A stretch of 64,000 bases of DNA from Candidatus Marinacidobacterales bacterium (lineage in GTDB: Bacteria; Acidobacteriota; Vicinamibacteria; Marinacidobacterales; SMYC01). The notes below the pieces were generated by a model. The model saw only the letters and a program-made list of their open reading frames with translations, ran no database searches and had not been told where the DNA came from. This document shows, in pieces, positions 29,381 through 39,719 of this stretch (the first letter of the stretch is position 1; each line of letters begins with the position of its first letter). The stretch covers positions 1,760,001 to 1,824,000 of the forward strand of contig CBDCYI010000005.1 of the NCBI GenBank assembly GCA_965224085.1. Reading direction: 5' to 3'. A program made the translations under genes and the position numbers.

Positions 29381-30385
29381 ATGACGACGAAGAAACGTGT
29401 TTTATCTGGAATGCGTCCAACGGGCCCCGCCCATCTCGGCCATCTACTGGGGGCGTTCGAGAACTGGGAGGCGATGCAGGACGACTACGAGACGTTCTAC
29501 CCCATCGTCGATTGGCACGCGCTCACGACGGATTACGCCGATACTTCGGAGCTGAAGGCGAACACCCACGAGCTCGCCCTCGATTTTCTCGCGGTTGGGC
29601 TCGACCCGGAACGCTCGACGCTCTTCGTCCAGTCCCACGTCCCGCAGCACGCCGAGCTTCATCTTTTGTTGTCGATGGTAGTGCCGCTCCCGTGGCTCGA
29701 GCGCGTCCCCACCTACAAAGAGCAGATGACGCAGCTTCGCGAGAAGGATCTGACGACCTACGGGTTTCTCGGCTACCCGCTTCTTCAATCCGCGGACATC
29801 CTCATTTATCGCGCCGACACGGTTCCGGTCGGGGTCGATCAAGCGCCTCACATTGAGCTCACTCGTGAGATTGCGCGCCGCTTCAACAATTTCTACGGGC
29901 ACGTGCTCCCTGAGCCCGAGGTCAAGCTCACGCCCACCCCGAAGCTTCCTGGGACCGACGGCCGTAAAATGTCGAAGAGCTACGGCAACACGATTGGGCT
30001 CGCGGAAGACGAAGCTTCGGTGCGGAAGAAGCTGAAGACGATGGTCACCGATCCGGCCCGAAAGCTGCGGACAGACCCGGGTGACCCGGCCATCTGTCCC
30101 GTTTTCGATCTGCACAAAGTCTTCTCCAGCCAAGAGACTCGAGATTGGGCCGCCGAGGGCTGCCGCACCGCCGGCATTGGCTGCGTCGAGTGCAAGAGCG
30201 CCCTTGCCGACGCGCTCGTGCCGCGCCTCGAGCCCATCCGCGCTCGCCGTGAAGCGTTCGAGAAGCGTCCCGACGACGTACGGGATATCTTTCGCGAAGG
30301 CGGACGGAAGGCACGCGAGGTTGCCGAGTCGACGATGGTCGATGTGCGCGCCGCGATAAAGCTTCCAACCGAGGACGATTTATGA
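29381..30385 (+). CDS. trpS: Tryptophanyl-tRNA synthetase
   Basis: SGMRPTG, HLGH, KMSKS. Confidence 0.97.
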   Translation: MTTKKRVLSGMRPTGPAHLGHLLGAFENWEAMQDDYETFYPIVDWHALTTDYADTSELKANTHELALDFLAVGLDPERSTLFVQSHVPQHAELHLLLSMVVPLPWLERVPTYKEQMTQLREKDLTTYGFLGYPLLQSADILIYRADTVPVGVDQAPHIELTREIARRFNNFYGHVLPEPEVKLTPTPKLPGTDGRKMSKSYGNTIGLAEDEASVRKKLKTMVTDPARKLRTDPGDPAICPVFDLHKVFSSQETRDWAAEGCRTAGIGCVECKSALADALVPRLEPIRARREAFEKRPDDVRDIFREGGRKAREVAESTMVDVRAAIKLPTEDDL

Positions 30386-31191
30386 GTCTGACAGAGCTCT
30401 ATCTCAGCGCGAGCACGGACGAGAGCGGCGATGTCGAACAAAAGTATCACGTACGACTCCCGATTTTCAAAGGATCGCTCGATCTGCTGCTACATCTGAT
30501 TCGAAAGAGCGAAGTCGATATCCACGACATCCCGATTGCCGAGATCACGAAGCAATATCTCGAGATTATCGAGCTCATGGAAGAGCTCAACCTCGACCTC
30601 GACCTTGCCGGCGAGTTCCTCGTTATGGCGGCGACGTTGATTCACATCAAGTCGAAGATGCTGTTGCCGCCGCCGCACGAGGACGGCACGCAAGACGAAG
30701 AGAGCCAGGATCCTCGGGCCCAGCTCGTCGCGCGGCTGCTCGAATATGAGCGTTACAAAGAAGCCGCGCAGCAGCTACACCAGCACGAAGAGATCCGAGA
30801 CGCGACTTTCGTTCGGCCTGATTCCGTCATCGAGAATCTGACTCCCGGCAACGGTCAGGAAGCTCCGGCGCATGAAACTTTGATCGATGTCGACTTGTTC
30901 GAGCTTCTGAGCGCGTTCCGCGAAGTGCTCTCTCGTGTCCGACAGCGGACCGATCTCGTTTTCGAGCGCGAAACGATCTCGATGGAGGAGATGATCCGAA
31001 AGCTCGAGGCGCGCCTCAACGCCGACGAGCCATGCTCTTTCGTCGACCTCTTCGATGACGCGACGGCTCGCAGCGATGTCATCGTAACCTTTCTCGCTAT
31101 CCTCGAAATGGTTCGCCTTCGGAAGCTGAAGATTTATCAGAAGGAGCTGTTCGGAACCATCCACGTCATGCGGCACCCGGATGCCGGATAA
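30382..31191 (+). CDS. scpA: Segregation and condensation protein A
   Basis: F.G.LDLLLHLI, FLVMAATLIHIKS, TFLAILEM. Confidence 0.95.
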   Translation: MSLTELYLSASTDESGDVEQKYHVRLPIFKGSLDLLLHLIRKSEVDIHDIPIAEITKQYLEIIELMEELNLDLDLAGEFLVMAATLIHIKSKMLLPPPHEDGTQDEESQDPRAQLVARLLEYERYKEAAQQLHQHEEIRDATFVRPDSVIENLTPGNGQEAPAHETLIDVDLFELLSAFREVLSRVRQRTDLVFERETISMEEMIRKLEARLNADEPCSFVDLFDDATARSDVIVTFLAILEMVRLRKLKIYQKELFGTIHVMRHPDAG

Positions 31192-31963
31192 CAAAAATAA
31201 CAGGGAGAACGACGTGCCCGTCAACGGAAGTGGGGAAACCATACCGAATACCGCGGAGCCTGCTCTGCCGCTCGAAGAGGTGCAAGCGAGCGTCGAAGCC
31301 CTCCTATACGCCTCGGGCGAGCCGATTTCCGTGCGCCATTTGAAAAAAGCAATTCCCGAAGCCCCCGAGCTCATCGCAGAAGCGCTCTTAAGCTTGAAAG
31401 AGCTCTACGACCAAAGCGGCCGTGGCCTTCAGATCGTCGAAGTCGCCGGCGGCTGGCAGATCACGACCCGGCCGGAACTCCACGAACGTGTCGGCCGCCT
31501 ATTCGATAGCCCCCGTCCCGCACGCCTTTCAATCCAGGCGCTCGAAACCCTCGCCGTCATCGCCTACCGCCAACCAACGACAATCCCCGAGATTATGGAG
31601 CTCCGTGGCATCCACTCCGCCGGCGTCGTAAGAACCCTCCTAGAAAGAAAACTCGTCAAGATCGTCGGCCGCAAAAAAGTAGTCGGCCACCCACTGCTAT
31701 ACGGCACCACAAGGGATTTTCTAGTCCGCTTCGGCCTAAAGAACTTGAAGGACCTCCCCCAACTAAAAGACATGTCCGAAGTCTTCGGCGACGAAGTAGC
31801 CCAACAACTGGAAACCCTGGAAACCCTGGACCAAGCAAAAGCAGAAGTAGAAATAGAACCGCTACAAGAAGAAACAAACCCCGAGCCACCAAGCCAATCA
31901 AAGCCCGCAGAACAAGGACCAGATAGCCGCCAGATAGCCGATAGACTCGACCAACGGAAATGA
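31181..31963 (+). CDS. scpB: Segregation and condensation protein B
   Basis: EALLYAS, ALETLAVIAYRQP, YGTT..FL..FGL. Confidence 0.95.
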   Translation: MPDNKNNRENDVPVNGSGETIPNTAEPALPLEEVQASVEALLYASGEPISVRHLKKAIPEAPELIAEALLSLKELYDQSGRGLQIVEVAGGWQITTRPELHERVGRLFDSPRPARLSIQALETLAVIAYRQPTTIPEIMELRGIHSAGVVRTLLERKLVKIVGRKKVVGHPLLYGTTRDFLVRFGLKNLKDLPQLKDMSEVFGDEVAQQLETLETLDQAKAEVEIEPLQEETNPEPPSQSKPAEQGPDSRQIADRLDQRK

Positions 31964-32724
31964 AGAAACGCCTCCAAAAAATTCTATCCCATGCCGGCAT
32001 CGCGTCTCGTCGTACGGCTGAGCAGTTGATGCTCGAAGGGCGAGTCCAAGTAGACGGCGAAGTCATCACAGAGCTCGGAAGCGTTGCCGATCCGGACGCG
32101 CAAGAAATCCGAGTCGATGGCTCCCGCGTGCGTGCCCGCCTTACTCGGCGCTACGTCGCGATCAACAAACCGCCCGGCTATGTCACCACGAGGTCGGACC
32201 CGGGCCGGCGGCGGACGGTCATGGAGCTACTTCCCATCGCCTATCAGAGTTTGTTCCCGGTAGGCAGGCTCGACATGGCGACGAGCGGCCTCTTGGTCCT
32301 GACCGACGACGGCGAGCTGGCGCAGAGACTGACCCATCCAAAATATCGGGTCGACAAAATCTATCTCGTGACCGTCGTCGGGATTCCGGGAGCGAGCGTA
32401 TTTGAGAAGGCGGCGCGCGGCATCGTCGTCGAAGGCGAGCGTCTTTCGATCGAACACGTCCGTGTCCTTAGCTCGAGGCAAAGCAAGGATGCTTCCAGAC
32501 CACGAACCCGAATGCGGGTGACTTTGCGCCAGGGTAAGAACCGGGAGATTCGGCGTCTGTTTCGCGCTCTCGGCTATCCGGTCGTCGAGCTGCACCGCGA
32601 GCGCATCGGGCCGCTCTCCGTGCGAGGCCTCGCGCCTGGCGCTTTCCGGAAGCTGACCCCCGCCGAGGTCGCCACGCTAAAAAACGAAGCGCCGATGCGG
32701 GCGCGGCGGACAAAGGTCAAGTGA
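31960..32724 (+). CDS. rluB: rRNA pseudouridine synthase (RluB/RsuA family)
   Basis: S4 domain RLQKILS..SRR; GRLD catalytic motif. Confidence 0.88.
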   Translation: MKKRLQKILSHAGIASRRTAEQLMLEGRVQVDGEVITELGSVADPDAQEIRVDGSRVRARLTRRYVAINKPPGYVTTRSDPGRRRTVMELLPIAYQSLFPVGRLDMATSGLLVLTDDGELAQRLTHPKYRVDKIYLVTVVGIPGASVFEKAARGIVVEGERLSIEHVRVLSSRQSKDASRPRTRMRVTLRQGKNREIRRLFRALGYPVVELHRERIGPLSVRGLAPGAFRKLTPAEVATLKNEAPMRARRTKVK

Positions 32725-33395
32725 TCGCTCGAAACCGCCCTATCATCGCTATCGACGGGCCGGCTGGCGCGGGAAAGACCACCGCGGCCCGGAACATCGC
32801 CGAGCGGCTGTCATTGCTCTATTTGGATACGGGCGCTACGTTCCGGGCCGTCGCGCTCAAAGCGCTGCGCGAGCGCATCGATATGAGCGACGGCGCTGCG
32901 CTCGCTACTTTGGCGGCGAACTCTCGGATCGAGTTCGCGGGGGAGCGTTTCGAGCGCATCCTTCTCGATGGGGAGGACGTGAGCGAGGCCATTCGGGAGC
33001 AGCGCGTCGCGAACGCTTCGTCGAGAATCGCCGTCCACCCTGAGCTCCGGGCCCACCTCGTCGGCCTATGGCGTGCGATCGGAGCAAACGGCGGCGTAGT
33101 TCTGGAAGGGCGCGACATCGGAACCGTCGTCTTCCCGGACGCCGACGTCAAGTTCTTCCTCGATGCTCGCCCTGGCGAGCGCGCCAAACGCCGCTTCACC
33201 GAACAGGCCGAAAAGGAGTCCGTGACACTTCGTCGGATAACCCACGACCTCGAGGTCCGTGACGAATCCGACCGCAACCGCGCCCACTCCCCTCTCCGCC
33301 GCGCCGAAGACGCCATAGAAATCGACACCACCAACCGAACCCCCGAACAAACCCTGCAAGAACTCCTAAAAGCCGCCACCCAAAAACTAAACTAG
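32721..33395 (+). CDS. cmk: Cytidylate kinase
   Basis: IAIDGPAGAGKTT, EGRDIGTVVFPDA. Confidence 0.96.
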   Translation: MIARNRPIIAIDGPAGAGKTTAARNIAERLSLLYLDTGATFRAVALKALRERIDMSDGAALATLAANSRIEFAGERFERILLDGEDVSEAIREQRVANASSRIAVHPELRAHLVGLWRAIGANGGVVLEGRDIGTVVFPDADVKFFLDARPGERAKRRFTEQAEKESVTLRRITHDLEVRDESDRNRAHSPLRRAEDAIEIDTTNRTPEQTLQELLKAATQKLN

Positions 33396-33486
33396 CACCC
33401 AACCTGTCCCGAAGACTAAGATGGCCGTATACGCCCATCAGAGGCACCCACGCCACGTGCCCCTGAATGCTGCATGCTCAGGCCAC

Positions 33487-33516
33487 TTGACATAAACCAA
33501 TTAAATAGAGTAGGAT
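33487..33516 (+). promoter_or_regulatory. Sigma70-type promoter for rpsA
   Basis: TTGACA-18 nt-TAGGAT. Confidence 0.55.
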
Positions 33517-33631
33517 AACGGCTTGCAGGTTAAGCCCGCCCCGTTAAAAGCGAGCCCATCCAAAAAAGCAATCTCGGCCGTTTGCGTGCGCACCTGTAAA
33601 TCATCGAGTTCTAGGAGGAAACAAACCAGGC

Positions 33632-35416
33632 ATGGTGGAAACCAACAACGCAACGCAAAGCCTCGTCGAAGGAGGTGACGGGGAGCAAATCGAAGATTTC
33701 ATTCCCGCCGCGGAATACGAAAAGCTTTTGGACGCCTACAACAGCAACATCACCGAGGGCGAAGTCGTCTCGGGCAAAGTGCTGCAGGTTTCGGACAGTG
33801 AAGTGGTCGTCGATGTCGGCTACAAGTCCGAAGGCATGATCAACGTCAACGAGTTCCGGGACGAGACCGGAGCGATCACGGTAAAACCCGGTGACACCGT
33901 CGACGTTCTTCTGGAAAAGGCCGAAGACAAGAACGGCTATCTCGTGCTCTCGCGCGAGAAAGCCGAGAAGATGAAAGTCTGGGACGTCATCGAAGAGGCC
34001 TATAACACCAAAGCGATCGTCAAAGGGCGTGTCATCGAGCGCATCAAAGGCGGCCTCGCCGTCGATATCGGCGTGCGTGCGTTCTTGCCCGGATCTCAAG
34101 TGGATGTGCGCCCGGTACGTAATCTCGACAGCCTAAAAGGGCAAGAGCTCGAGATGCGGGTCATCAAAGTCAATAAGAAGCGCGGCAACATAGTTCTTTC
34201 CCGCAAAGTCGTGCTCGAAGAAGGTCTCACCGAGCGGAAGTCCGAAACGCTCGACGCGCTCGAAGAGGGCCGTGTCTTTCGCGGGGTTGTCAAGAACCTT
34301 ACGGATTACGGCGCTTTCATTGATCTCGGCGGCATCGACGGCCTTCTCCACATCACCGACATGTCCTTCGGGCGTATCCAGCACCCGTCGGAGCTGTTCA
34401 ACGTGGGCGACCAAACCGAGGTCGTCGTACTGAAGTTCGACCGCGAGCAAGAGCGTGTCTCGCTCGGCTTCAAACAACTCTCGGCCGACCCTTGGGAATC
34501 GGCGCAGTCTCGCTTTCCCACCGGGGAGCGCGTGAAAGGCAAAGTCGTCAGCCTCACCGATTACGGCGCTTTCGTCGAGCTCGAGCCAGGCGTCGAGGGC
34601 CTCATCCACGTCTCCGAGATGTCGTGGAGCAAGCGCGTGAAGCACCCTTCGAAAGTACTCACGGTCGGCGACGAAATCGAAGCCATGGTTCTCCAAGTCG
34701 ACAGCCAAGAGCGCCGCATTAGCCTTGGTCTCAAACAGATCGAGCCGAACCCGTGGCAGCAGCTCGCGGAAAAATATCAAACAGGTGCGCGCATCGAGGG
34801 CAAAGTACGAAACCTCACCGATTTCGGCGCCTTTGTCGAAGTGGCGGATGGTATCGACGGCCTCATCCACATCTCTGACATGAGCTGGAACAAGCGCGTG
34901 AGCCATCCCTCGGAAGTTCTCAAAAAGGGTGACACGGTCGACGCCCTCGTTCTGAACATCGACGCCGAGAACCAGCGCCTTTCGCTCGGTTTGAAGCAGA
35001 TGGGCGAGGACACGTGGGAAGAGTTCTTCAACCGTCATCAAGAAGGCGATGTCGTGGACGGCAAAGTGGTCCGGTTCACGAATTTCGGAGCCTTCATCGA
35101 GATCGAGGAAGGGATCGAAGGTCTCTTGCACGTCTCGGAAGTCGAGGACGAGCGCGTCGAACAAGCCGAGGACAAGCTCGTGGTCGGCGACTCCTACCGC
35201 ATGAAGATCATCAAGATGTCGCAGCAGGAGCGCAAGATCGGGCTCTCGATTCGAGCGGTCAACGTGGAAGACTACGAAGCGCATTACTCGAGCCAAGGCT
35301 CTCCCGATGCCACCTTGGGAGACGTCGCGGATTTCGGGGCGGACTGGGGCTCGAGCTCTCGAGCCAATCCCGAGACCGACGCGGCGGACAAGACGGAGAG
35401 CGAGTCGGAAGGATAG
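33632..35416 (+). CDS. rpsA: 30S ribosomal protein S1
   Basis: Six S1 repeats (YGAFV, GLIHVSE); AGGAGG RBS. Confidence 0.97.
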   Translation: MVETNNATQSLVEGGDGEQIEDFIPAAEYEKLLDAYNSNITEGEVVSGKVLQVSDSEVVVDVGYKSEGMINVNEFRDETGAITVKPGDTVDVLLEKAEDKNGYLVLSREKAEKMKVWDVIEEAYNTKAIVKGRVIERIKGGLAVDIGVRAFLPGSQVDVRPVRNLDSLKGQELEMRVIKVNKKRGNIVLSRKVVLEEGLTERKSETLDALEEGRVFRGVVKNLTDYGAFIDLGGIDGLLHITDMSFGRIQHPSELFNVGDQTEVVVLKFDREQERVSLGFKQLSADPWESAQSRFPTGERVKGKVVSLTDYGAFVELEPGVEGLIHVSEMSWSKRVKHPSKVLTVGDEIEAMVLQVDSQERRISLGLKQIEPNPWQQLAEKYQTGARIEGKVRNLTDFGAFVEVADGIDGLIHISDMSWNKRVSHPSEVLKKGDTVDALVLNIDAENQRLSLGLKQMGEDTWEEFFNRHQEGDVVDGKVVRFTNFGAFIEIEEGIEGLLHVSEVEDERVEQAEDKLVVGDSYRMKIIKMSQQERKIGLSIRAVNVEDYEAHYSSQGSPDATLGDVADFGADWGSSSRANPETDAADKTESESEG

Positions 35417-35514
35417 GATCTCTGTGGCGGCTCGGCATCGGCGCTCGCGACAAATAGCTATCGGGAGCTACCGGGCCGGGCCGCTCCGGTATTTGAGAAG
35501 GGAGTCTTTCAGTC

Positions 35515-35832
35515 ATGACGAAAGCGGAACTGATCGAAGAAGTGTCGCGAGTGTCGGATTTGACCAAAAAACACTCTGAGATCATCGTGGATACCGTTTT
35601 CAAGAGCATCATCAATGCTCTTCACCGTGGCGACAAGATCGAGCTTCGAGGCTTCGGTAGCTTTCGGATCCGGCAGCGCGAGTCCCGCAAGGGACGTAAT
35701 CCGAAGACGGGCGAGCGCGTCGATGTGCCCGCGAAGAAAGTTCCCTATTTCAAACCGGGCAAAGAGCTCAAAGAGCTCATCAACCAGACTCAGCAGGAAG
35801 AGCTCGCGCCGCCGCCTCAGGCTGAGCTCTAG
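35515..35832 (+). CDS. ihfB: Integration host factor beta / HU family
   Basis: MTKAELI, IELRGFGSF, GRNPKTG, PYFKPGKELKE. Confidence 0.9.
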   Translation: MTKAELIEEVSRVSDLTKKHSEIIVDTVFKSIINALHRGDKIELRGFGSFRIRQRESRKGRNPKTGERVDVPAKKVPYFKPGKELKELINQTQQEELAPPPQAEL

Positions 35833-35908
35833 CGACACCGTTCTTCGCTGCCCGTACACCGCTTTGTATTTACATGAGCTCCGCCCGGAGTAAACTGAGG
35901 CCAACGCC

Positions 35909-38900
35909 ATGACGACGTCCGTGACGCGGTACGAGCCCACTAATCCGGTGCGTTTCGTGACGGCCGCGTCGCTTTTTGACGGCCACGACGCTTCCATCAA
36001 CATCATCCGCCGCCTTCTCCAAGCGCGTGGCGTCGAAGTGATCCACCTCGGGCATAATCGCTCCGTCGCGGAGATCGTGGACGCCGTCATCGAAGAAGAC
36101 GCGCACGCGGTTGCGGTGAGCTCTTATCAGGGCGGTCACAACCAATATTTTCGCTATCTCGTCGACCGGCTTCGCGACGGCGGCGCGCCGCACGTCAAAG
36201 TGTTCGGCGGCGGCGGCGGCGTCATTATCCCGAGCGAGATTAGAGCGCTCGAAGCCTACGGCATAACCAAGATCTACTCTCCGGAAGACGGCTTGAGCCT
36301 CGGCCTAGCCGGCATTATCGACCATATGGTGCGAGAAGCGGACTTTACGCTCGCGCCCGTCTCTAGAAACGGCGACTTGTCCTGGCTCGAGGCGGGCGAA
36401 GTCCCTAAGCTCGCGCGTCTCATCACCCAAGCCGAGGCCGACGAACCCGGGCTGAGCGCCGAGCTCGACAAACGTGTCGGGAAGATCGCGGAGGAGCGGA
36501 GAGTGCCCGTCCTCGGCATCACGGGTACCGGAGGCGCAGGGAAAAGCTCTTTGACGGACGAGATCATACGACGGCTCGTCGCGGATGCGCCCGAGCTTCG
36601 GATCGGAGTCGTGTCGGTCGACCCGTCGAAGCGAAAGACGGGCGGTGCGCTTCTCGGTGACCGCATTCGCATGAACGCCATCGACCACGAACACGTTTTC
36701 ATGCGAAGCCTTGCGACGCGCGGCTCGGGCTCCGAGCTTTCCCACGCGACCGACGAAGCGATCCGGATTCTCAAAGCCTCCGGGTTCGACATCATTTTCG
36801 TCGAGACGAGCGGTATCGGGCAGGGATCGTCGGCCGTCGCGGACATCTGCGACGTGAGCCTCTATGTCATGACCCCGGAATATGGCGCGGCGTCCCAGCT
36901 CGAGAAGATCGACATGCTCGACTTTGCCGACGTGGTGGCGATCAACAAATTCGATCGTCGCGGCAGCGATGACGCGCTTCGCGACGTGCGCAAGCAGTTT
37001 CGCCGGAACAAACAAATCTTGCACGACTTGGCCCCAACCGATGACGCGCTGCCTATTTACGGAACCATCGCGAGCCAGTTTGGCGATCGCGGCGTCACCG
37101 CACTGTACCTGCATCTACTCGCTCGCATGCGCGCTCTCGTTCCCGAGCTGCCGGCATCGTCATTGAGCGTCCCTGCCGGTGTCTCGACTGGAGTGCGTCA
37201 TGCGCTCATCCCGGACAAGCGCGTACGTTATCTCGGCGAGATTGCGGAGCTTGCTCGGAGCGAGCGCGCCCGCGTCGAGGAGCAAGTGAGTATCGCCCGG
37301 CGCTTGCAACATCTCGATGGCGCCGCCAAAGAGTGCCGTGAGCCAGAGGTCGAGGCGGCCCTTCGCCGAAGGTATGATGAGCTTCGGAAGGATCTCGATG
37401 ATGAGAGCTGGCGGCTCATCGAGTCTTGGCCCGAGCTCAAGTCGCATTACGCTCGAGAGACGGTGGGCTTCGAAGTGCGCGGCCGCGAGGTCCGAGTCGA
37501 AGCTACGACGAAGACCTTGAGCGGGGGCGTCGTTCCCAAAGTGGCTCTCCCTCGATTCGAGGATTGGGGCGAGATCTTGCGATTTCGTTTGAATGAGAAC
37601 ATCCCCGGCGAGTATCCGTTCACTGCCGGTGTCTATCCCTTCAAACGCAGCGAAGAATCTCCGCGCCGCCAATTCGCCGGTGAAGGCGGGCCGCGGCGCA
37701 CGAATGAGCGCTTCCACTTTCTTTCACGCAACGACAAAGCGAAGCGTCTTTCGACGGCCTTCGATAGCGTGACCCTCTACGGTGAAGAGCCGGACGAGCG
37801 GCCCGACATCTACGGAAAGATCGGCGAGGGGGGCGTCTCGATCGCCACCCTCGACGACATCAAAGAGCTCTATGCCGGATTCGACCTCGGAGACTCGCGG
37901 ACGAGCGTGTCGATGACGATCAACGGCCCCGCGCCGACCATCCTCGCCATGTTTTTCAACACGGTCATCGACCAGCAGTTGGAGCGTTTCGAGCGCGAGC
38001 AGGCAAGGGCTGCGAGCGCCGACGAGCGCGAGCGTATCGCGAGCGACACTCTCCGTGTGGTCCGCGGCACCGTCCAAGCGGACATATTGAAAGAGGATCA
38101 AGCGCAGAACACGTGCATCTTTTCGACGGAGTTCTCGCTACGCCTGATGGGGGATGTACAGCAATATTTCATCGACAAAAACGTGCGGAACTTCTACTCG
38201 GTATCGATCTCGGGGTACCACATCGCAGAAGCGGGGGCGAACCCGTTAACCCAGCTCGCCTTCACCCTCGCGAACGGCTTTACCTATGTCGAGTATTACC
38301 TCGCTCGAGGCATGCCGATCGATTCCTTCGCGCCGAACCTGTCCTTTTTCTTCAGCAACGGGCTCGACCCGGAATACTCGGTGATGGGACGCGTCGCGAG
38401 GCGGCTTTGGGCGCGCGTTTTGAAGCACTGCTACGGTGCGAACGAGCGCAGCCAAAAGTTCAAATACCACATCCAGACTTCGGGCCGCACCCTTCATGCC
38501 CGCGAAATTCAATTCAATGATATCCGCACGACGCTCCAAGCGTTGACCGCGGTCTACGACAACTGCAACTCGCTCCACACCAACGCCTATGACGAGGCGA
38601 TCACGACGCCGACGGCGGAGTCCGTGCGCCGCGCGATGGCCATCCAACAGATCATTCACAAAGAGTTCGGTATCGTGAACAACGAGAACCCGCTTCAAGG
38701 CTCCTACATCATGGAAGAGCTGACCGACTTCGTGGAAGAAGCGGTGCTCGCGGAGTTCGACCGCATCAACGCGCGCGGGGGCGTCTTGGGCGCGATCGAG
38801 CTTCAATATCAAAGAAGCCGCATTCAGGAAGAGTCGCTTCACTACGAGCTCAAGAAGGACAGCGGCGAGCTTCCCGTCGTGGGCGTGAATTGTTTCCTCG

Positions 38901-39175
38901 ATCCCGACGCTGCCACTGCCGACGTTGAGCCGCCTCGCGAGGTGCAGCTCGCGCGCGCATCGGATCAGGAAAAGCGAGATCAGATCGATCGCCTGCGCGG
39001 CTTTAAGGCCCGTCATGAAGGAGAAACGGCGGATGCGCTCGCGCGTTTGAAGAAGGTGGCGCTCGCCGAGGAAAACGTGTTTGCGGAGTTGATGCACACG
39101 GTTCGGGTAGCGAGCCTTGGTCAAATCACCCATGCGCTCTACGAAGTGGGCGGGCAATATCGGAGAGCGATGTGA
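35909..39175 (+). CDS. icmF: Fused isobutyryl-CoA mutase / MeaI GTPase
   Basis: [10 protein letters not shown]12 domain, GTGGAGKSS GTPase, mutase RQFAGEG and ISGYH. Confidence 0.95.
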   Translation: MTTSVTRYEPTNPVRFVTAASLFDGHDASINIIRRLLQARGVEVIHLGHNRSVAEIVDAVIEEDAHAVAVSSYQGGHNQYFRYLVDRLRDGGAPHVKVFGGGGGVIIPSEIRALEAYGITKIYSPEDGLSLGLAGIIDHMVREADFTLAPVSRNGDLSWLEAGEVPKLARLITQAEADEPGLSAELDKRVGKIAEERRVPVLGITGTGGAGKSSLTDEIIRRLVADAPELRIGVVSVDPSKRKTGGALLGDRIRMNAIDHEHVFMRSLATRGSGSELSHATDEAIRILKASGFDIIFVETSGIGQGSSAVADICDVSLYVMTPEYGAASQLEKIDMLDFADVVAINKFDRRGSDDALRDVRKQFRRNKQILHDLAPTDDALPIYGTIASQFGDRGVTALYLHLLARMRALVPELPASSLSVPAGVSTGVRHALIPDKRVRYLGEIAELARSERARVEEQVSIARRLQHLDGAAKECREPEVEAALRRRYDELRKDLDDESWRLIESWPELKSHYARETVGFEVRGREVRVEATTKTLSGGVVPKVALPRFEDWGEILRFRLNENIPGEYPFTAGVYPFKRSEESPRRQFAGEGGPRRTNERFHFLSRNDKAKRLSTAFDSVTLYGEEPDERPDIYGKIGEGGVSIATLDDIKELYAGFDLGDSRTSVSMTINGPAPTILAMFFNTVIDQQLERFEREQARAASADERERIASDTLRVVRGTVQADILKEDQAQNTCIFSTEFSLRLMGDVQQYFIDKNVRNFYSVSISGYHIAEAGANPLTQLAFTLANGFTYVEYYLARGMPIDSFAPNLSFFFSNGLDPEYSVMGRVARRLWARVLKHCYGANERSQKFKYHIQTSGRTLHAREIQFNDIRTTLQALTAVYDNCNSLHTNAYDEAITTPTAESVRRAMAIQQIIHKEFGIVNNENPLQGSYIMEELTDFVEEAVLAEFDRINARGGVLGAIELQYQRSRIQEESLHYELKKDSGELPVVGVNCFLDPDAATADVEPPREVQLARASDQEKRDQIDRLRGFKARHEGETADALARLKKVALAEENVFAELMHTVRVASLGQITHALYEVGGQYRRAM

Positions 39176-39579
39176 ACGCTTCCCCTCGGCCCCTTCGAAT
39201 CCTGGTCGCGAAACCCGGGCTCGATGGGCATGACCGCGGAGCGCTTGTTGTCGCGCGCGCGCTGCGAGATGCAGGCATGGAAGCGATTTACACGGGGCTT
39301 CGTCGGACGCCCGAACAGATCGTGGAGGCTGCGCTTCAAGAAGATGTCGATGCCATCGGCGTGTCGATCCTTTCGGGCGCGCATCAACATCTACTGTCCC
39401 GCATCCTGGGGCTCCTGAAAGAGAAGGAAATGAGCGACGTGCTCCTATTCGCGGGCGGCATCATCCCCGACCAGGACGTCTCCAGTCTTTTGGAAATGGG
39501 CGTGGCGGCGGTTTTCCAGCCGGCCTCGTCCACGTGTGAGATCACAGACTTCCTATTCGAGCGGCTAAAGCCTTCGTAA
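39172..39579 (+). CDS. Cobalamin-binding subunit of an acyl-CoA mutase
   Basis: [23 protein letters not shown]. Confidence 0.93.
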   Translation: MNASPRPLRILVAKPGLDGHDRGALVVARALRDAGMEAIYTGLRRTPEQIVEAALQEDVDAIGVSILSGAHQHLLSRILGLLKEKEMSDVLLFAGGIIPDQDVSSLLEMGVAAVFQPASSTCEITDFLFERLKPS

Positions 39580-39604
39580 GGAAGGAATTATGATGTTGCC
39601 TCGG

Positions 39605-39633
39605 TTGACACGATCCCGCGCTGGTGCTACCAT
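39605..39633 (+). promoter_or_regulatory. Sigma70-type promoter
   Basis: TTGACA-17 nt-TACCAT with extended TG. Confidence 0.65.
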
Positions 39634-39719
39634 TTTCAAACTTGCGGAATCACGCTCTGTGATCGCGATTCGCACGTCCAAGATACGGCAATCGATCTCG
39701 GAATCCGGAAGGAGGGGCG

